Of a stretch of DNA of 64,000 bases, positions 1 through 13,638 are shown one piece after another. Source of the stretch: Octopus vulgaris (taxonomy: Eukaryota); assembly GCA_951406725.2 (NCBI GenBank), contig OX597823.1, positions 54,684,001 through 54,748,000 on the forward strand, given 5' to 3'. Every line of letters starts with the position of its first letter. Within the stretch, counting starts at the first letter, position 1. The translations under genes and the position numbers were made by a program. The notes under the pieces are model-generated. The model saw nothing but the letters and a program-made list of their open reading frames with translations, made no database searches and was not told the DNA's origin.

Positions 1-68
1 CACCTGAGCACTGTATACAATAAATTCACTCATTCATAATTGTGAAAAATAAAAAAAAAACATTATAT

Positions 69-260
69 TGATCGTTTCTTTGCCTCTGAGCACAAAGAAT
101 TTTACACCCATTGGATCATCAGTTTGACAAATAGATGAGAGCATGTTATCAGTAATGAGGGTAAAATATTATCTTGATTAAACATATCAATTAAAACTAA
201 AGAAGAATTTGTTTCTTTCCCGTCATGGAATGTGACAGAACTGTTTCTCCAATCTAATAT
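69..260 (+). mobile_element. mariner transposase C-terminal remnant plus right TIR-like end
   Basis: Frameshifted reading DRFFASEHKEFY..GIISLTNR*EHVISNEG..LD* matches the mariner C-terminus. Ends in a TIR-like ...CTCCAATCTAATA. Confidence 0.55.
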
Positions 261-1479
261 ATATTTTTTCAAAATTTTTCTCTTCAGAACAATTTTCCAT
301 GGAAAGTGTGTCAGCTATTTTTTGTTAGACTTCAAGTGAACTATAAAGTCAAACAGTTTGAAAATCATTGCAGTAGAGCGTGATTTGAAGGAGGTCTTGG
401 CTGCTATTTCTAGTTAGACTGAGTAAGATGTAACTAATATTAGATGTAACTAATATTTGTTGTAAGCGTCATTGAAATTGTTTGATAATGGTAGCAGATG
501 TTTATTTTTGTCTGAACAGTAATTGAATAAATGACGAAAGTAGAGTTTCACCTTGGCAACCATAATGACAAGAAATGTTTAAACACACACCCACACACAC
601 AAATACACAAAGTAAAACTGATGTCTTTTAAGAATTAATTTCAAATTACTTGCCACCACCATCTTTTTATTCTTATTACCCCTTTATTAAAAGGGGTGAC
701 AAGAATCTGTTTTTTAGAGAATGAGAAAGAAAAAGGGAGAGAGAAATGGAGAGAGAAAGAGGGAGTATAAGTTGTGTGTGAGTGCTGTGTTGTATGTAAT
801 TTGAGGTATTACTGATAATATTGATGTGACTGAGGGGCGTTGCAACATCAAGTTCCTGCCGTTGAAGTCCCATAGTTGGATAGGGATTTAGGGTCTGCTG
901 TGTCAAGCTAGACCATGTTGGCACAGATCAGCAGTCAGTAAATTGACCAACACTTTTATCAACCCTGGAAAGATAAATGGTAAAGTTGACCCTGTTGTGA
1001 TGTGAACTCAGAACATCAAAAGCCAGTTCAAATTCAATAATGTACTTTCTTTTTAGCCAATGCTCAACGATTCTGCCAATCCACTGTTCCAAATTGCCTA
1101 TAGCTACAATGAGAGAATAAATTAACCATTACCAATTTCCTAATATTTAAATGAATGTATATGTGTTCCAAGGCCACAAGGAGAAGGTCATGCACTATAT
1201 GGCTTTCTTTTGAAATTTGTTTGGTTTAGTACCTGACAGAAAGCTTAGGAATATTATATACCCTCCAAACACTGTAACAATCACTGGGAAAAGTTAGTAA
1301 TTAGTAAAATTTGGTTATGGTAATTAGTAAATTAGTACAGTAGTTTGAAAAAAAATACTTATCATCCCTATATAACACAGATATACATACATACATTGTA
1401 TATACAGAGTGTGAGGGTTGCTTTTGATTTTGTTGACTACAAAGTATAGTTGGGCATCATCTGTAACAAAAACAGCACC

Positions 1480-2136
1480 ATGAAGCAATTCACTCTGCCA
1501 GAAATTTGGAAATGACATACTGTACTGCTTGGCATTCACACTGGAAGCTCCAATATGAACATTTCAAAGTGCTTGACTGTCACTCTGAGGACAGTGCAGA
1601 GGATTTGGAAAGAGTTGGATGAGTCTAATGGTGATTATGAAGGTATGGCAGCTTGGAAAACTCACTTTGATTGTTTTGGTAAAAAAAGAACTCCTGAATT
1701 TGTTGGTGAGATCCAGGCCATGATTGACAATGATCCTTCCAAGTCAATCCGGTCCATCACCAGGGTCATAGGAGCGTCTGAATTTCTTATCAGGCAAGTA
1801 GTGCATGAAGAGATTCAGTATTCCTCATACAAGATGACAAAGGACCAATTTTTATCCCAAGCCATCACGGACAGGAGGAAAGACCATGCTACAAAGCTTT
1901 TAAACAAACTCAAGCATCCCCTCCAACCGAACATGCTTTGGTTTTTCTCAGATGAGAAAAATTTCTGCCAGGATCAGATGGTGAACACACAGAACAACTG
2001 TAGGCTAGCTGTGCCTCCAAAACATGTACAGTCAACATCGTGGTGTTTGGAGTGATCACTAGTGATGGTGACATTATGCCTCCATTCACCTTCCCACACA
2101 GCCTCAGACTTAACACAGAGGCCTACATCAAGTGCC
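1480..2136 (+). pseudogene. Tc1/mariner-superfamily (maT/DD37D-like) transposase fragment, disrupted
   Basis: ORF 1555-2055 has HTH segments (TLRTVQRIWK; PSKSIRSITR) and first-D motif WFFSDEKNF. It continues after a frameshift as VVFGVITSDGDIMPPFTFP..LNTEAYIKCL. In-frame stop near the N-terminus. Confidence 0.8.
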
Positions 2137-2551
2137 TCTCAAAATGAATGCCACAGTTTTGTCTTTCTACAGTATATCCATGTTAAGTAAGATGTACTCA
2201 ATGCAATTTTGAACTAATACTGCTTCTGTTACTGATAACAGATTCCTGCCAAGGTTAATTTTTTTTTCTTTTGTCTTTCCAGATCAGTCAACTAAAGTAT
2301 CATTGAAGTGCTGGGGGTTGATTTAGTATCCACATAAAACATCCTAGATGTAAATGGAATTGCAACAGAAACTTAGATGAAAGACCACTATCATTACATA
2401 GGTTTGTAAGGAAGGAAACACAGCTGCCTGAATAAATTCCAGGTCACTTAGGGAAAATACAATAAGTACCCTAGCTCTAATTTTGTAGATCTCAGAGGAA
2501 TGAAAGGTAAAGTTTAACCCCTATAAAAATTGAACACAGAAGACTTTACAC

Positions 2552-3188
2552 CAACAGTTCTCAACCATTTTTGCCTATGGACCTCTTTGATTCCTATTTT
2601 ACTTTGCTAGACCCTAATAAATATTTGATGTTGAAAAAAAGTTCTATTTTATTTTTGTAGTTAAATATTCTTTTATTCTTTTACTTGTTTCATTCATTTA
2701 ACTGCAGCCATGCTGGAGCACCTCCTTAAAGGGTTTTATTCGAACAAATCAACCTCGGAACTTATTCTTTGTACTTATTCTATCAGCATTTTGCTGAACC
2801 ACTAAGTTACGGGGATGTAAACACACCTACATCAGCTGTCAAGTGATGGTGGGGAGGACAAGCACAGACACAAACAAACAAATACACACACACATATATA
2901 CATGACAGGCTTCTTTCAGTTTCCATCTACCAAATCTACTCACAAGGCATTGGTCAGTTTGGGGCTATAGTAGAAGACACTTGCCTAAGATGTCACATAG
3001 TGGGGCTGAATCCAGAACCATGTGGTTGGGAAGCAAGCTTCTTACCACACAGCCACATCTTACAATAAAAATTGTTTAAATATTTTGTGTATTGTAAAAT
3101 TATGATTAATTTATTGCAGATAAATTCTAACAGAAAAATCTTATGTGGACCCCCCAGGGGCTGGGTGGGCCCTGGTTGAGAACCATTG
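2552..3188. mobile_element. hAT-type MITE with nested SINE
   Basis: TIRs CAACAGTTCTCAACC (2552) and GGTTGAGAACCATTG (3174-3188). Imperfect 8-bp TSD ctttacac/gtttatac. Confidence 0.65.
2672..3058 (-). mobile_element. tRNA-headed CORE-like SINE (family A), diverged copy
   Basis: Aligns by eye with the copies at 29179, 42477, 47003 and others. Confidence 0.8.
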
Positions 3189-4744
3189 GTTTATACTTAT
3201 ACCATCTGGAGTCTCTGTATGTGTTGATAAAGCCATGAATCTTCCTCTGGAAAACTCTAGCATAAGTTTATCATGTAAATTAATTACAACACAGTAAATT
3301 CATTGTCTGTAATTTCATCACCTGGTAATTTCATCACAAGGTAATTACATCATGAAATAATGCATCTTTGGTAAGTTCATCATCATGTTAAATATATACT
3401 CAGAAATACTGAAGTATGGAATAAACTACCAGTATTAGTTGTTAGTTTCAGCAAACTACATCCTTCAAAACTTTCATGCTTTCTGACATTTTCCAGAAGT
3501 ACCCTGGATGTCCCCTTACCTTTTTTTCTTTTTAAATGACTCCTTCACTGTTCACTTCCTGTGCATTATTCTATGCACTGTTCATGCACTTTTGGCAAAC
3601 TTTTCTGATAAGTTGTAGTGCACCTGAGCTCTGTATACATTAAATTTGTTATTTTATCTTTGGTTTTTTCTTTTTATCCAGAAAGTAAATGTGTTACTAA
3701 ACACTAAATTTTGATTCAATGATCGAGTCACATTTATCATTTATCGTTTACTTGTTTCAGTCATGGGGCACAATCTTGAAGGGTTTAGTCAAACAAATCA
3801 ATCCCAGGAATTATTTTTAACTCTGGTACTTCTATCAGTCTCTTTTGTTGAACTACAAAATTATGGGGAAGTAAACAAACCATCAGTTGTCAAGTGGTGG
3901 GAGTCAAATACATGCACACATACACAAGCACATACACATATGTATACAGTGAGCTTTCACATAGTTTCTGTTTGTCAAACTCACTCACAAAGCATTGGTT
4001 GACCCAGGTCTATAGCAGAAGACTCTTGCCTGAGGCGCTGAGCAGTGGGACCAGACTGGAAACCACATGGTTGCAAAATGAGCTTCTTAACCACACAGCC
4101 ATGTCTGTGCTTTAAAGGGGAAAAATTTTTTTAAAAACTCCAAAGGCAGAAAATTCTTTCTATACTGGAAAATTTTAGATATTTTGTAAAAAGGAATAAT
4201 CATCTAATAAAATAATAATCACTGATGCAGAAATTCTACATTGGAAAACAATTTTTTTAAACATTCCCAAGAGAATTCAATTCACCATTGATGAATATCA
4301 AAATTGTGAAATACTGGAAATTCTGGGCTCATTTAAGAGGTATTACTTATAATTTTTCTTTTTTGAATTCTAAATAGTGTTGTGTCTTTTTTCTGCATGA
4401 TTTTGTGATTCTATTTTTAAAAGTAAATTTGATTTATTTTCTTTTTCATGCAAATACTGAGTGAATTTAATATTAATAATTTTTTGTCTTTGAAATTCCT
4501 TTCCATTGTTTATGAAATTTGATGGTATTTACTTTAAATAATGTTTAGCATTGTATATACACAGTGGATAAAAAGCATAATGATGAGTTTATTGGTTATG
4601 TATTGACCTGGCAATGTAATTACAATGCAATGAAGCCACAGGTGCTGTATTTGCAGTTACTGGATGCTGTTATTGTACTGAAGAGCAGCAGTTTCTCATG
4701 TGTGTAAATCTCTTCTCTGCATATCACTGAAGTTAGTAAAATGC

Positions 4745-4955
4745 AGCTAGCTAGTAGAATCGATGGCATACCTTGCAAAATGCTTAGCAGCATTTCATCT
4801 GTCTTTATGTTCTGAGTTCAAACTCTGCTGAGGTCGACTTGCCTTTCATTCTTTCAGGATCGATAAGATATGCACCAGTTGAATACCGGGGTTGATGTAA
4901 TTGACTTAACTCCTTCCCTGAAATTGCTGGCCTTGTGCCAAAATTTGAAAACAAT
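4745..4955 (+). mobile_element. SINE family B copy
   Basis: Matches the GAGCTGGCAGAA...TTCTGAGTTCAAAT...GTCGACTTTGCCTTTCATCC body. Also at 9635, 9878, 31144, 40190, 40414, 42090, 46485, 49158 and 51110. Confidence 0.75.
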
Positions 4956-6572
4956 ATCCTTGTGTTTTCCTTAGTCTAAGGAAAAGACAAGGGCAAATAC
5001 GTGATGGCATAAATGATTGTAGCAAACATTTTCATCGCAATGCAAAGAGCTTTGTAAAAAGCATCTAGTTCACACTGTAAAGTGGTTGGCATTTGGAAGA
5101 ACATCCAGCCGTAAAAAAATATGCTAAAACTAACCTCACCTGTGCTTGTGCCACATAAAAAGGACTCGGTCAACTCTGCAGGGTGGTTGGTGTTAGGAAG
5201 GGCATCCACCCGTAAAAACTATGCTAAAAAGACACAGAAGTCTGGTGTGCTCTTCTGCCTGGCCAGCTCCTGTCAAACCGTTCAACCCATGCTAGCATGG
5301 AAGTCGGATGTTAAATGATGAGGATGATGTTGTGTATGTGTGTAGATGTATTGTGTTTGTCCCTAACCACCACTTGATAGCTGGTGCTGGTTTCTTTATA
5401 TCCCTATAGAATAGTACCAGGCTTAAAAGACAAAATGAAGTACTGGGGCTTGATTTGTTAGATTAAACTCTTCATGGTGGTACTCCAGTGCATCCAGCTG
5501 TAGAAAATATATGATGCTTTGGTTGACCCAGGGTTATATTAATAATGAACTTGTTGCATATTGACACTCCACTGGTTATGATGGCAAGGGATCCAGTTGA
5601 TTCAATCAATGGAACAATCTGCTTGTGAAATTAACACGCAAGTGGTTGAACACGTTCTGCTGTTCAGCTCTCTTGAGAGTTTCTTACCACTGAAGACACT
5701 TGCCCAAGGTATCATGCAGTGGGACTGAACACAAGTCTGTTATTATTATGGCCAGGTTCCAACTTGGGTTACAGCAACAAAGTCCATCTGTCACACTTCT
5801 TGATCCGTCATCACTGTTTTGTCATCACTGTTTCATTCTAGGTGAGTGTCTGCAATCAAGTGGTCGATGTGAGATGATTCTTACCTCTTCTTGCATCACC
5901 ATGAAATGTCTTCCACAAGAATAATTTGGATGCTTCCCAGTCATGGTTGGGAAGCAAGCTTCTTAGCAACATGGCCACATCTGTTTCTCTCTCTTTCTTT
6001 CCTCTTTTATAACGTTTGCCTTCTATGCTGACATGGGTTGGATGGTTTGACAGGAGCTGGCCAGGCAGGAGACTTCACCAGACTTCTGTGTCTGTTTTGG
6101 CAGGGTTTTTACAGCTGGATGCCCTTCCCAACACCAACCACCTGGTAGAGTGGACAGAGTACTTTTTACAAGGCACAAGCACAGTTGAGGTCAGTTTTGG
6201 CATGGTTTTTATGGCTGGATGTCCTTCCAAATGCCAATTGCTTTGCAATGAAAAAATAAATGTTAGAATTATGACTTGAAATTTGGCTGTTATTTCTAGC
6301 AAGTCGATCGACTACATTGAAGCTCCCTCGAGAGTTCATTGATCCTCTTTTGCAGAAACCTGGAACAGTGGTGGATGAGAGATGTTCATGTTCTTCTCCA
6401 TTGCTTTTATTTTGGCCTTTTGCTTCATGTTAAATCTCTTCTACTCTGATTACCATTCACCTCATCTATCCAGCTATCCACCCCCTATATCTAATCATAC
6501 ACATGCAAAAAAAAAAAATAAACAAAATAAATGAATAAATAAAACGGTTATTCTCACCCCTGTCAAATTAAT

Positions 6573-7003
6573 TTTCTTCTTCTTCTTCTTCTTCTTCTTC
6601 TTCTTCTTCTTCTTCTTCTTCTTCTTCTTCTTCTTCTTCTTCTTCTTCTTCCTCCTCTCCTCCTCCTCCTCCCTCTTCCCCTTCTCCTTTTTCTCCTTCT
6701 TCTTCTTCTTTTTCTTCTTCTTCTTCCTCCTCTCCTCCTCTCCTCCTCCTCCTCCTCCTCCTCCTTCTTCCCCTTCTCCTTTTTCTCCTTTTTCTTCTTC
6801 TTCTCCTTCTTCTTCTTCTTCTTCTTCTTCTTCTTCTTCTTCTTCTTCTTCTTCTTCTTCTTCTTCTTCTTCCTTCTTCTTCTTCCCCTTCTTCTTCTCC
6901 TTCTTCTTCTCCTCCTCCTCCTCCTCCTTCTTCTTCTTCTTCTTCTTCTTCTTCTTCTTCTTCTTCTTCTTCTTCTTCTTCTTCTTCTTCTTCTTCTTCT
7001 TCT
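6573..7003. repeat. (TTC)n/(TCC)n compound microsatellite
   Basis: Direct reading. Explains the poly-R/K ORF 6563-7006. Confidence 0.95.
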
Positions 7004-7074
7004 CAACCTCCTTTTTTTTTTTTTTTATCTCCAGTCTTTCTTTTTCCCTATTGGAATGTCAATCAAAGCCTTAC

Positions 7075-7105
7075 CATTATTTGAAGAAAGAATTCTGTTC
7101 GACAT
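7075..7105 (-). CDS. possible alternative first coding exon (MSNRILSSNN-G), unidentified gene
   Basis: Minus strand aaaATGTCGAAC...AATAATG|gtaagg in a non-repeat island. No homology evidence. Confidence 0.2.
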
Positions 7106-7965
7106 TTTCCTACAGCCCCGTCCTGAATCCTTACCCTAGTATCCATCATTTTTTTTTTTCTTTTTCCTATTTATTATTTTTTTTTATTGATTACATAACA
7201 TCAGTTTTATATTAGGCAAGTAAAAGGGTTAATCTTGAGATTTTTTAGAATGTTTAGCCATTAGATGAAATGAAATAAGATTTTTTTTTTCTTTTCTTTC
7301 TCTCCTTATTTTTCTTTTTTGTTTGTTTGTTTGTTTCTTTTTCACTTCTATTTCTTCCATTTTTATTTTTCTCTTCTAACTTTCTTCTCATGCTCTTCCT
7401 CCTATTCATCATTGTCAACATCATCACCTGCAGCAACTGCAGCAGCAGCAGCAGCAGCAGTAACAGCACCTTCGCCTTCACCATCACTGCTGCCTCTGCC
7501 ACCGCCACCACAACCATGACCACCACCACTGCCATCATCATTACTATCATCAGGACCACAACTGACAAAATCATCTCCTTCCGTCAACTGTCATCATCAT
7601 CATCATCATCGTCATAGTCGTCATCACCACCACCATCATCATCATCATCAGTATTTGTATTTGTTCTGTTTTTTAATATATTTCTTGCCCCTCCTATCTT
7701 CCTAATCATTTTAAGTGTAGAAGAACAGATGATTATCTGTTAGGAGAGGACAAAAAAAAAGAAAAAAGAAAGAAAAATCACATCATAAAAGAAGAGCAAG
7801 TTGTCATCATCATCATCATCATCATTGTCATCACCAGGAGCAGCAGCAACAGCAATAGACTTCCGTGGAACCGTTTCCTTCCTTTCTCTGTTATAATGTA
7901 CTGCATTGTGTGTGTTTGTGTGTGCATCATACATACATGTATGTGAGTGTGTTTTTGGATGTGTG

Positions 7966-7998
<33 letters not shown>

Positions 7999-9190
7999 TG
8001 GAACTCACTAACACACTGAATTACTTTACTTATGGCATTACTGTTGTGGGAAAGGAATGTTTGTCACAACCCCTCTTAATTTTTGAGGGAATAAAAGGAC
8101 ATTTCCAGATGCAAATTTCTACATAAGAGGCAATCATTTCTAGAGTTTTTATGACATGAATACACAATTTGTTGTTCTGTAGATTAGAATTAATAATAAT
8201 AATAATAATAATAACAAGCAAAACAAAAATCTAGAAACCTTTCTATTTTTAAAACACACAAATAATGTTTCGGTTGCACTTCCTTGCTAGTGACTTGCTC
8301 TGAGACCAGGTGTTGGAACTGAAGTGCTGACATCATTGTAGAGTTATATTCATTTGATCATGTGAATAACCAGACTATTGAGTGTTGTATCGTTTTATCT
8401 TTGGAATGTTGTGGTGGTTGACAATGATGATGTAGAGATGAAAAAGCCCAAATTGGAATCAGATGCAAACTGGTAGTACCAGAGGAGACAATATTGGTAA
8501 AAAACCAGACTTCCTGGACAGAGTTCCGATGAAGGAACCTGATTCAGTGCACAATGACAACAATGTTTGTGACACAAATGATTCATATTCATATGATTAT
8601 ATGATCAACTGACTGTTGGATGTTGCATCATTTTAGCTTTGGAATGATGTAACAAGTGACCACGATGATGTAGATATAAAAAACAAAAAACAAAATTAGA
8701 ATCAGGTACAACTCGTGAAACCAGAGGATACAAAACCAGACTACCTGGACACGGTTGTGAAGAAGGAACCTGGTGTATCAGATTCAGGTCATGATGATAA
8801 CAACGCCAGTTGTACTCAAAATCAAATTTGCTGACTGGCATCCGTGCTAATCGTGTGCTAAGAGTACCATCCGAGCGTGATCGTTGCCAGAGCAGCTGAC
8901 TGGCTTCCATGCTGGTAGCATGTAAAAAGCACCATTCGAGCATGATTGTTACCAGTGTCGCCTTACTGGCACTTGTGCCGCTGAACTGGCTCCTGTGCAG
9001 GTGGCACGTAAAAAATACTATTTGAGCATGGCTGCTGCCAGTACTGCCTGACTGGCCCTTGTGCAGGTGGCACATAAAAGCACCGACTACACTCTCGCAG
9101 TGGTTGGCGTTAGGAAGGGCATCCAGCTGTAGAAACTCTGTCCAGCAAGCTGGTGATCTCCAAGTTAATGACTAGAGCCCTAGACATTAC

Positions 9191-9247
9191 ATGCTTTTCA
9201 TCTTCCTTGTCAGATTGGAACCTGCTACGTTGATGCTGTTGCTTGAT
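9191..9247 (-). CDS. candidate 57-nt internal exon (IKQQHQRSRFQSDKEDEKH), unidentified gene
   Basis: Strong acceptor ttttaacattcccatttgtctttcag and donor gtaatg. Symmetric phase 0-0, open frame, protein-like composition, in unique sequence between repeats. Confidence 0.6.
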
Positions 9248-11098
9248 CTGAAAGACAAATGGGAATGTTAAAATTTGGTGTATGCACATAACATTACATT
9301 TGGTCATCATCTATTTAGGTCAGCTAAAATTTATTCATAAATACCTGACATAAAAAGGGTAAAGACCCTGCTTCAGTCAAGAATGGCCATGGGATTGCAC
9401 CTAGAAAGTTACCCTCCAAAGCACAAGTCTGGGCAAGGTTTTCCTCATGCATAACAACCTCCCCTCTCCACACCACCGATGTTGTCCAAGGGAAAGGCAA
9501 AAGCCGATACAGCTTGGCACCAGTGTCATTGCAACTCATTTCTACAATTACTATCTCATGATTGTGACCCTGACACTCTAACTGCTAATCCATGTATCTT
9601 CACAAATACTTGACATATCTTGTATATTATTAATAAGGTGGTGAGCTAGTAGAATCATTAGCACATTGAACAATACGTCTAGTGGCATTTCTTCTTTGTG
9701 TTCTTTATGTATTGACTTCAAATTCTGCGAAGGTCACCTTTGCCTTTTCTTCTTCCGGTGGTTAATAAAATAAAGTAGTAGTCAAATACTGGAGTTGATG
9801 AAATCAACTTACTTCTTTCAAAACTTTTGGCTTCCTTCCAAAATTAAAAAGAATTATTATCATTATTATCATCATCATAAGGTGGTGAGCTTGCAGAATC
9901 ATTAGCATGCCAGGCATAATGCTTAACAGCATTTTGTCCATCTTTATGTTCTTAGTTCAAATTCCGCTGGCATTGACTTTGCCTTCCATCCTTTCAGGTT
10001 CGATAAAATAAGTACCATTTGAGTACTGGGGTCGATGTAATAGACTTAACTCCCTGCCCTGAAATTACTGGCCTTGTGTCAAAATTTGAAGCCATTATTA
10101 TTATTGTTATTATTGAGTGAGAGAGCAGTGCATGCCATCAAAGATACACTGAGCATGTCACAAGCAGAAGTAGTGAGGGAGCATCATAGCCATGTGTTGA
10201 GAGGAATTCTTTGGGGTTTGAATAATTCATCACTGAAAACATGGGTGTTTCTTTCACCATCCATAAACAAATCTTATTGAAGTCAATGTATAAAGAACAA
10301 AAAGAAGAAAGGCCACTAGACATGTTGTTCAATGTACTAATGATTCTCCTAGCTCACCAACTTTATTAATAATATACAAGATATGTCAGGTATTTTTGAA
10401 GATACATGGATTAGCGGTTAATGACAGGCTCACAATCATGAGGCAGCCCTTGTGACCAATAAAAGAAATCATGAATAATATTAATCCGCTAACTTTTTAT
10501 TTTTGTACGTACCTGTTGTGTGTGTCACACTTACTTTAAAGAAGTGGCAAAGCGAGAGAGAGAGTGAGTGAGAGAGTGAAAGAGACAGTGAGTGGTGATG
10601 GCGTTCGTTTTGTGCTTTTAAACGTTTATCCCATCACAAGAGAAGTAGATACATAGATACATATACACATTGTTAAATTAAAAGCAGGTGAGAAGAGGGA
10701 CACAATATAAGTGAAAGAGAAAGAGAGATAGTGAGAGAGACAGTAGATGCATAAATCCAAATAAATAAAATATATTGACAGTCAATTTCACTTTTCATTA
10801 CCATCCGAGGACAAAATTAACTCACAAATGGCTGAGTACTCCACAGACATGCATAACATTAACGTAGTTCTCAGGGAGATTCAGTCTCACACAGAATATG
10901 ACAAGGCTGGCCCCTTTGAATTACAGCTACAACTCAAGTCGTATATATATGTGAATGTATTTGTGTGTGTGTATAGTATAGGTTGGTTAAAACATGTTTG
11001 CAATAATAAGTGTCGCGTGGTGGAAATAAATGCAATTACCAAATTTTCATTCATAAATCCATTTACTATTTCATTCTTTTGCATTTTAATTTGCACAT

Positions 11099-11665
11099 TT
11101 GGACCCAGAAATTTTCAACGACTGTACGCCAGAAGAAATAGAAAAGCAAGTTATTTTATCTCCTAAAAATTCTGACTGTCTTGCAATAAATGAGAAAGTT
11201 CTTAAAATTATACCAGTGGCACTTAAAATGTACTTAAGCACAGATTCAGTGTCCTGCAATAATGATGAGGAGGTTCAGAACTATCCATTTGAATTTGTAA
11301 ACTCAGTCACTCCATCCAGTATGCCTCCTCATTACCTTAACTTAAAAGTAGGGGCTATTGTAATGCTGCTAAGAAATGTTTTGACCAGTCAAGGATTACG
11401 TAATGGAACTTGCATGAAAGTGCAAAGATTTCATGAACATTGTGTAGAGGCATCATTGGTAACAGGCTCCAACAGAGGTCGTACAGTTCTAATTCCCAGA
11501 ATTAAACTTAGCCCAGTGATGCAAATATTCCATTCACACTAAACAGACTTCAATTTCCACTTCGACTTGCATATTCAATAACAATTAATAAGGCTCAAGA
11601 GCAAGCATTTGAAAAAAGTTGGAATACATTTGCCTCAACCGGTATTTTCTCATGTCGCATTTTCA
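11099..11665 (+). pseudogene. Helitron Rep-Hel Pif1-type helicase fragment
   Basis: ILSPKN, NYPFEFVNS...MPPHYLNLKVGAIVMLLRN...GLRNGT and LIPRIKL, then after a frameshift RLQFPLRLAYSITINKAQ and VGIHLPQPVFSH. These are hallmark Helitron helicase motifs. Confidence 0.9.
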
Positions 11666-11933
11666 AGAGTATGAGCTATGAACAATATCAAAGTAAGAGT
11701 TATGACACTCAACTGGGATAACAGACAAGGCCAAAAACATGGTGTGACATACAAAATATTGTCTATCATGAAGTACTGTGAGGAAGACCACTGCACCAGC
11801 CGCTTCATCATTACACAGCCACATTACCCCTTTACGATTGGGCAACCAGTTAGGGGCCTGCTGGATTTCCCTCGGCATACCAGCAAATCACAAAATTGCA
11901 CCAGCCAGCATCACCACTACCTCAAAGCCTGTC

Positions 11934-11967
<34 letters not shown>

Positions 11968-12544
11968 GTGTGTTTGTCCCACCACTACTATTGCTTGACA
12001 ACCGATGTTGGTACATTTGCATCCCTGTAATTTAGCTGTTCAGCAGAAGATAATCATAAAATAAGTACCAGGCTTACAGGTAATAAGTCCAGAGGTCAAT
12101 TTCTTTGACTAAAGGGTGGTGCTCCAGCATGGCCACTCTCAAATGACTGAAACAAGTAAAAGAATAATAACAGAAAAACGTTCCGTACTACTAAACCAAG
12201 AAGGGTCTTTGAATATATACGATGTGTTTTAAGGTTAAATAGTAATTCCGTTTATGTTTGTCTAACAGATATTTTGGTTGGATTATATAGTCATTGGTGT
12301 TATATTACTTTCTATATTCTGTAACTGTCACAATATATTTTTCTAGGTCTGAAATTTTTGTGGGGAGGGGGCCAGTTGATTAGATCGACCCTAGTACACA
12401 ACTGGTACTTAACTTATTAACCCCAAAAGGATAAAAGGTAAAGTTGATCTCAGCAGAATTTGAACTCAGAAGACAGACAGTCATAATTTGCAAACATTTC
12501 TCATGGTACCAGTATACAGTTTACAGATGCTTGTATTTTTTATT

Positions 12545-12573
12545 TTCAGTGAATTTTTCATGGGTCCAGCTAG
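12545..12573 (+). mobile_element. probable Helitron 3' terminus (decayed hairpin + CTAG)
   Basis: tcagtgaa-ttt-ttcatggg degenerate hairpin, then CTAG followed by T, about 900 bp downstream of the helicase remnant. Confidence 0.45.
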
Positions 12574-12583
12574 TTATTATTAT

Positions 12584-12958
12584 TGAGTGAGAGAGCAGCA
12601 CGTGCCAACAAAGAGACACTGGGGTACAAATATACGAAGCCCAATATATCCAACTTGACTACCTGTCTGTTAAGGGTACACTTAGCACATCCATCACAAC
12701 CATATGTGCACAACATGGTGATCTCATATCAACATAAATAGTGCATGACCTTGCAGGTGGGGCTCAGTTAGAATTTATTTTGCTTGTGACATGCTTATCT
12801 GGTTAAGGTCAAACAACTGACAAGCAAACTTGTGGAATTGAGCACAATATTTGCAGTAGCCCATTTTTTATACCAAGACAAAACAATGTACATAATAACA
12901 TTTTCAGTCAGTTAAGATCAGAAGCCATGAGAGCCGCTGTCTGGTACTGCATCAAGAC

Positions 12959-13018
<60 letters not shown>

Positions 13019-13638
13019 CATTCTTCTTCTTCTTCTTCTTCTTCTTCTTCTTCTTCTTCTTCTTCTTCTTCTTCTTCTTCTTCTTCTTCTTTTTCTTCTT
13101 CTTCTTCTTCTTATTATTATTGAGTGAAAGAGCAGTTCATACCATCAAAGTGACACTGGGGTAAAATATACGAAGCCCAATATACCCATCATGACTACCC
13201 GTCTGTTAAGGGTACACTAGGCACATGCATCACAACCATATGTGCGCGACATGGAGATCTCATATCAAGATAAACAGCACATAACCTTGCAGGTTGGGCC
13301 CAGTTAGAATTTTCTTCTGGTCGAGTAACCCATCCCGCTCAAAAGGTCCCTGAATAAGAGTTGTTTAAGGATGTTGAATGAAACATCCATGTTTCCAGAG
13401 GTGAATTATTCAAACCCCAAAGAATCCCTCTCAACACATGGCTATGAAGCTCCCCCACTATTTCTGCTCGTGATCAGAGATGCACATATCGTCAGCCACC
13501 AAGGGACATGCTCATCTGGTTAAGGTCAAGCAACTGACAAGCAAATATGTGGTATTGAGCAGAATATTTGCTGTAGCCCATCTTTTATACCAAGCCAAAA
13601 CAATGTACATGATAACACTTCCAATCAGTTAAGATCAT
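12584..13638. mobile_element. two tandem copies of a non-coding element anchored in (TTA)n
   Basis: 12584-12960 and 13121-13638 share sequence. Both, plus a third copy at about 10113-10330, start at ttattattGAGTGA(G/A)AGAGCAG. Confidence 0.75.

Noticed and set aside
6563-7617. Poly-R/K and poly-S/T ORFs
   Set aside because: Translations of (TTC)n, (GCA)n and (CAT)n microsatellites.
8395-8790. Tandem duplication (about 240-bp period) with GATGAAGG/GAAGAAGG words as hammerheads
   Set aside because: The duplication is real, but no GAAA or helix I/III could be built in either copy.
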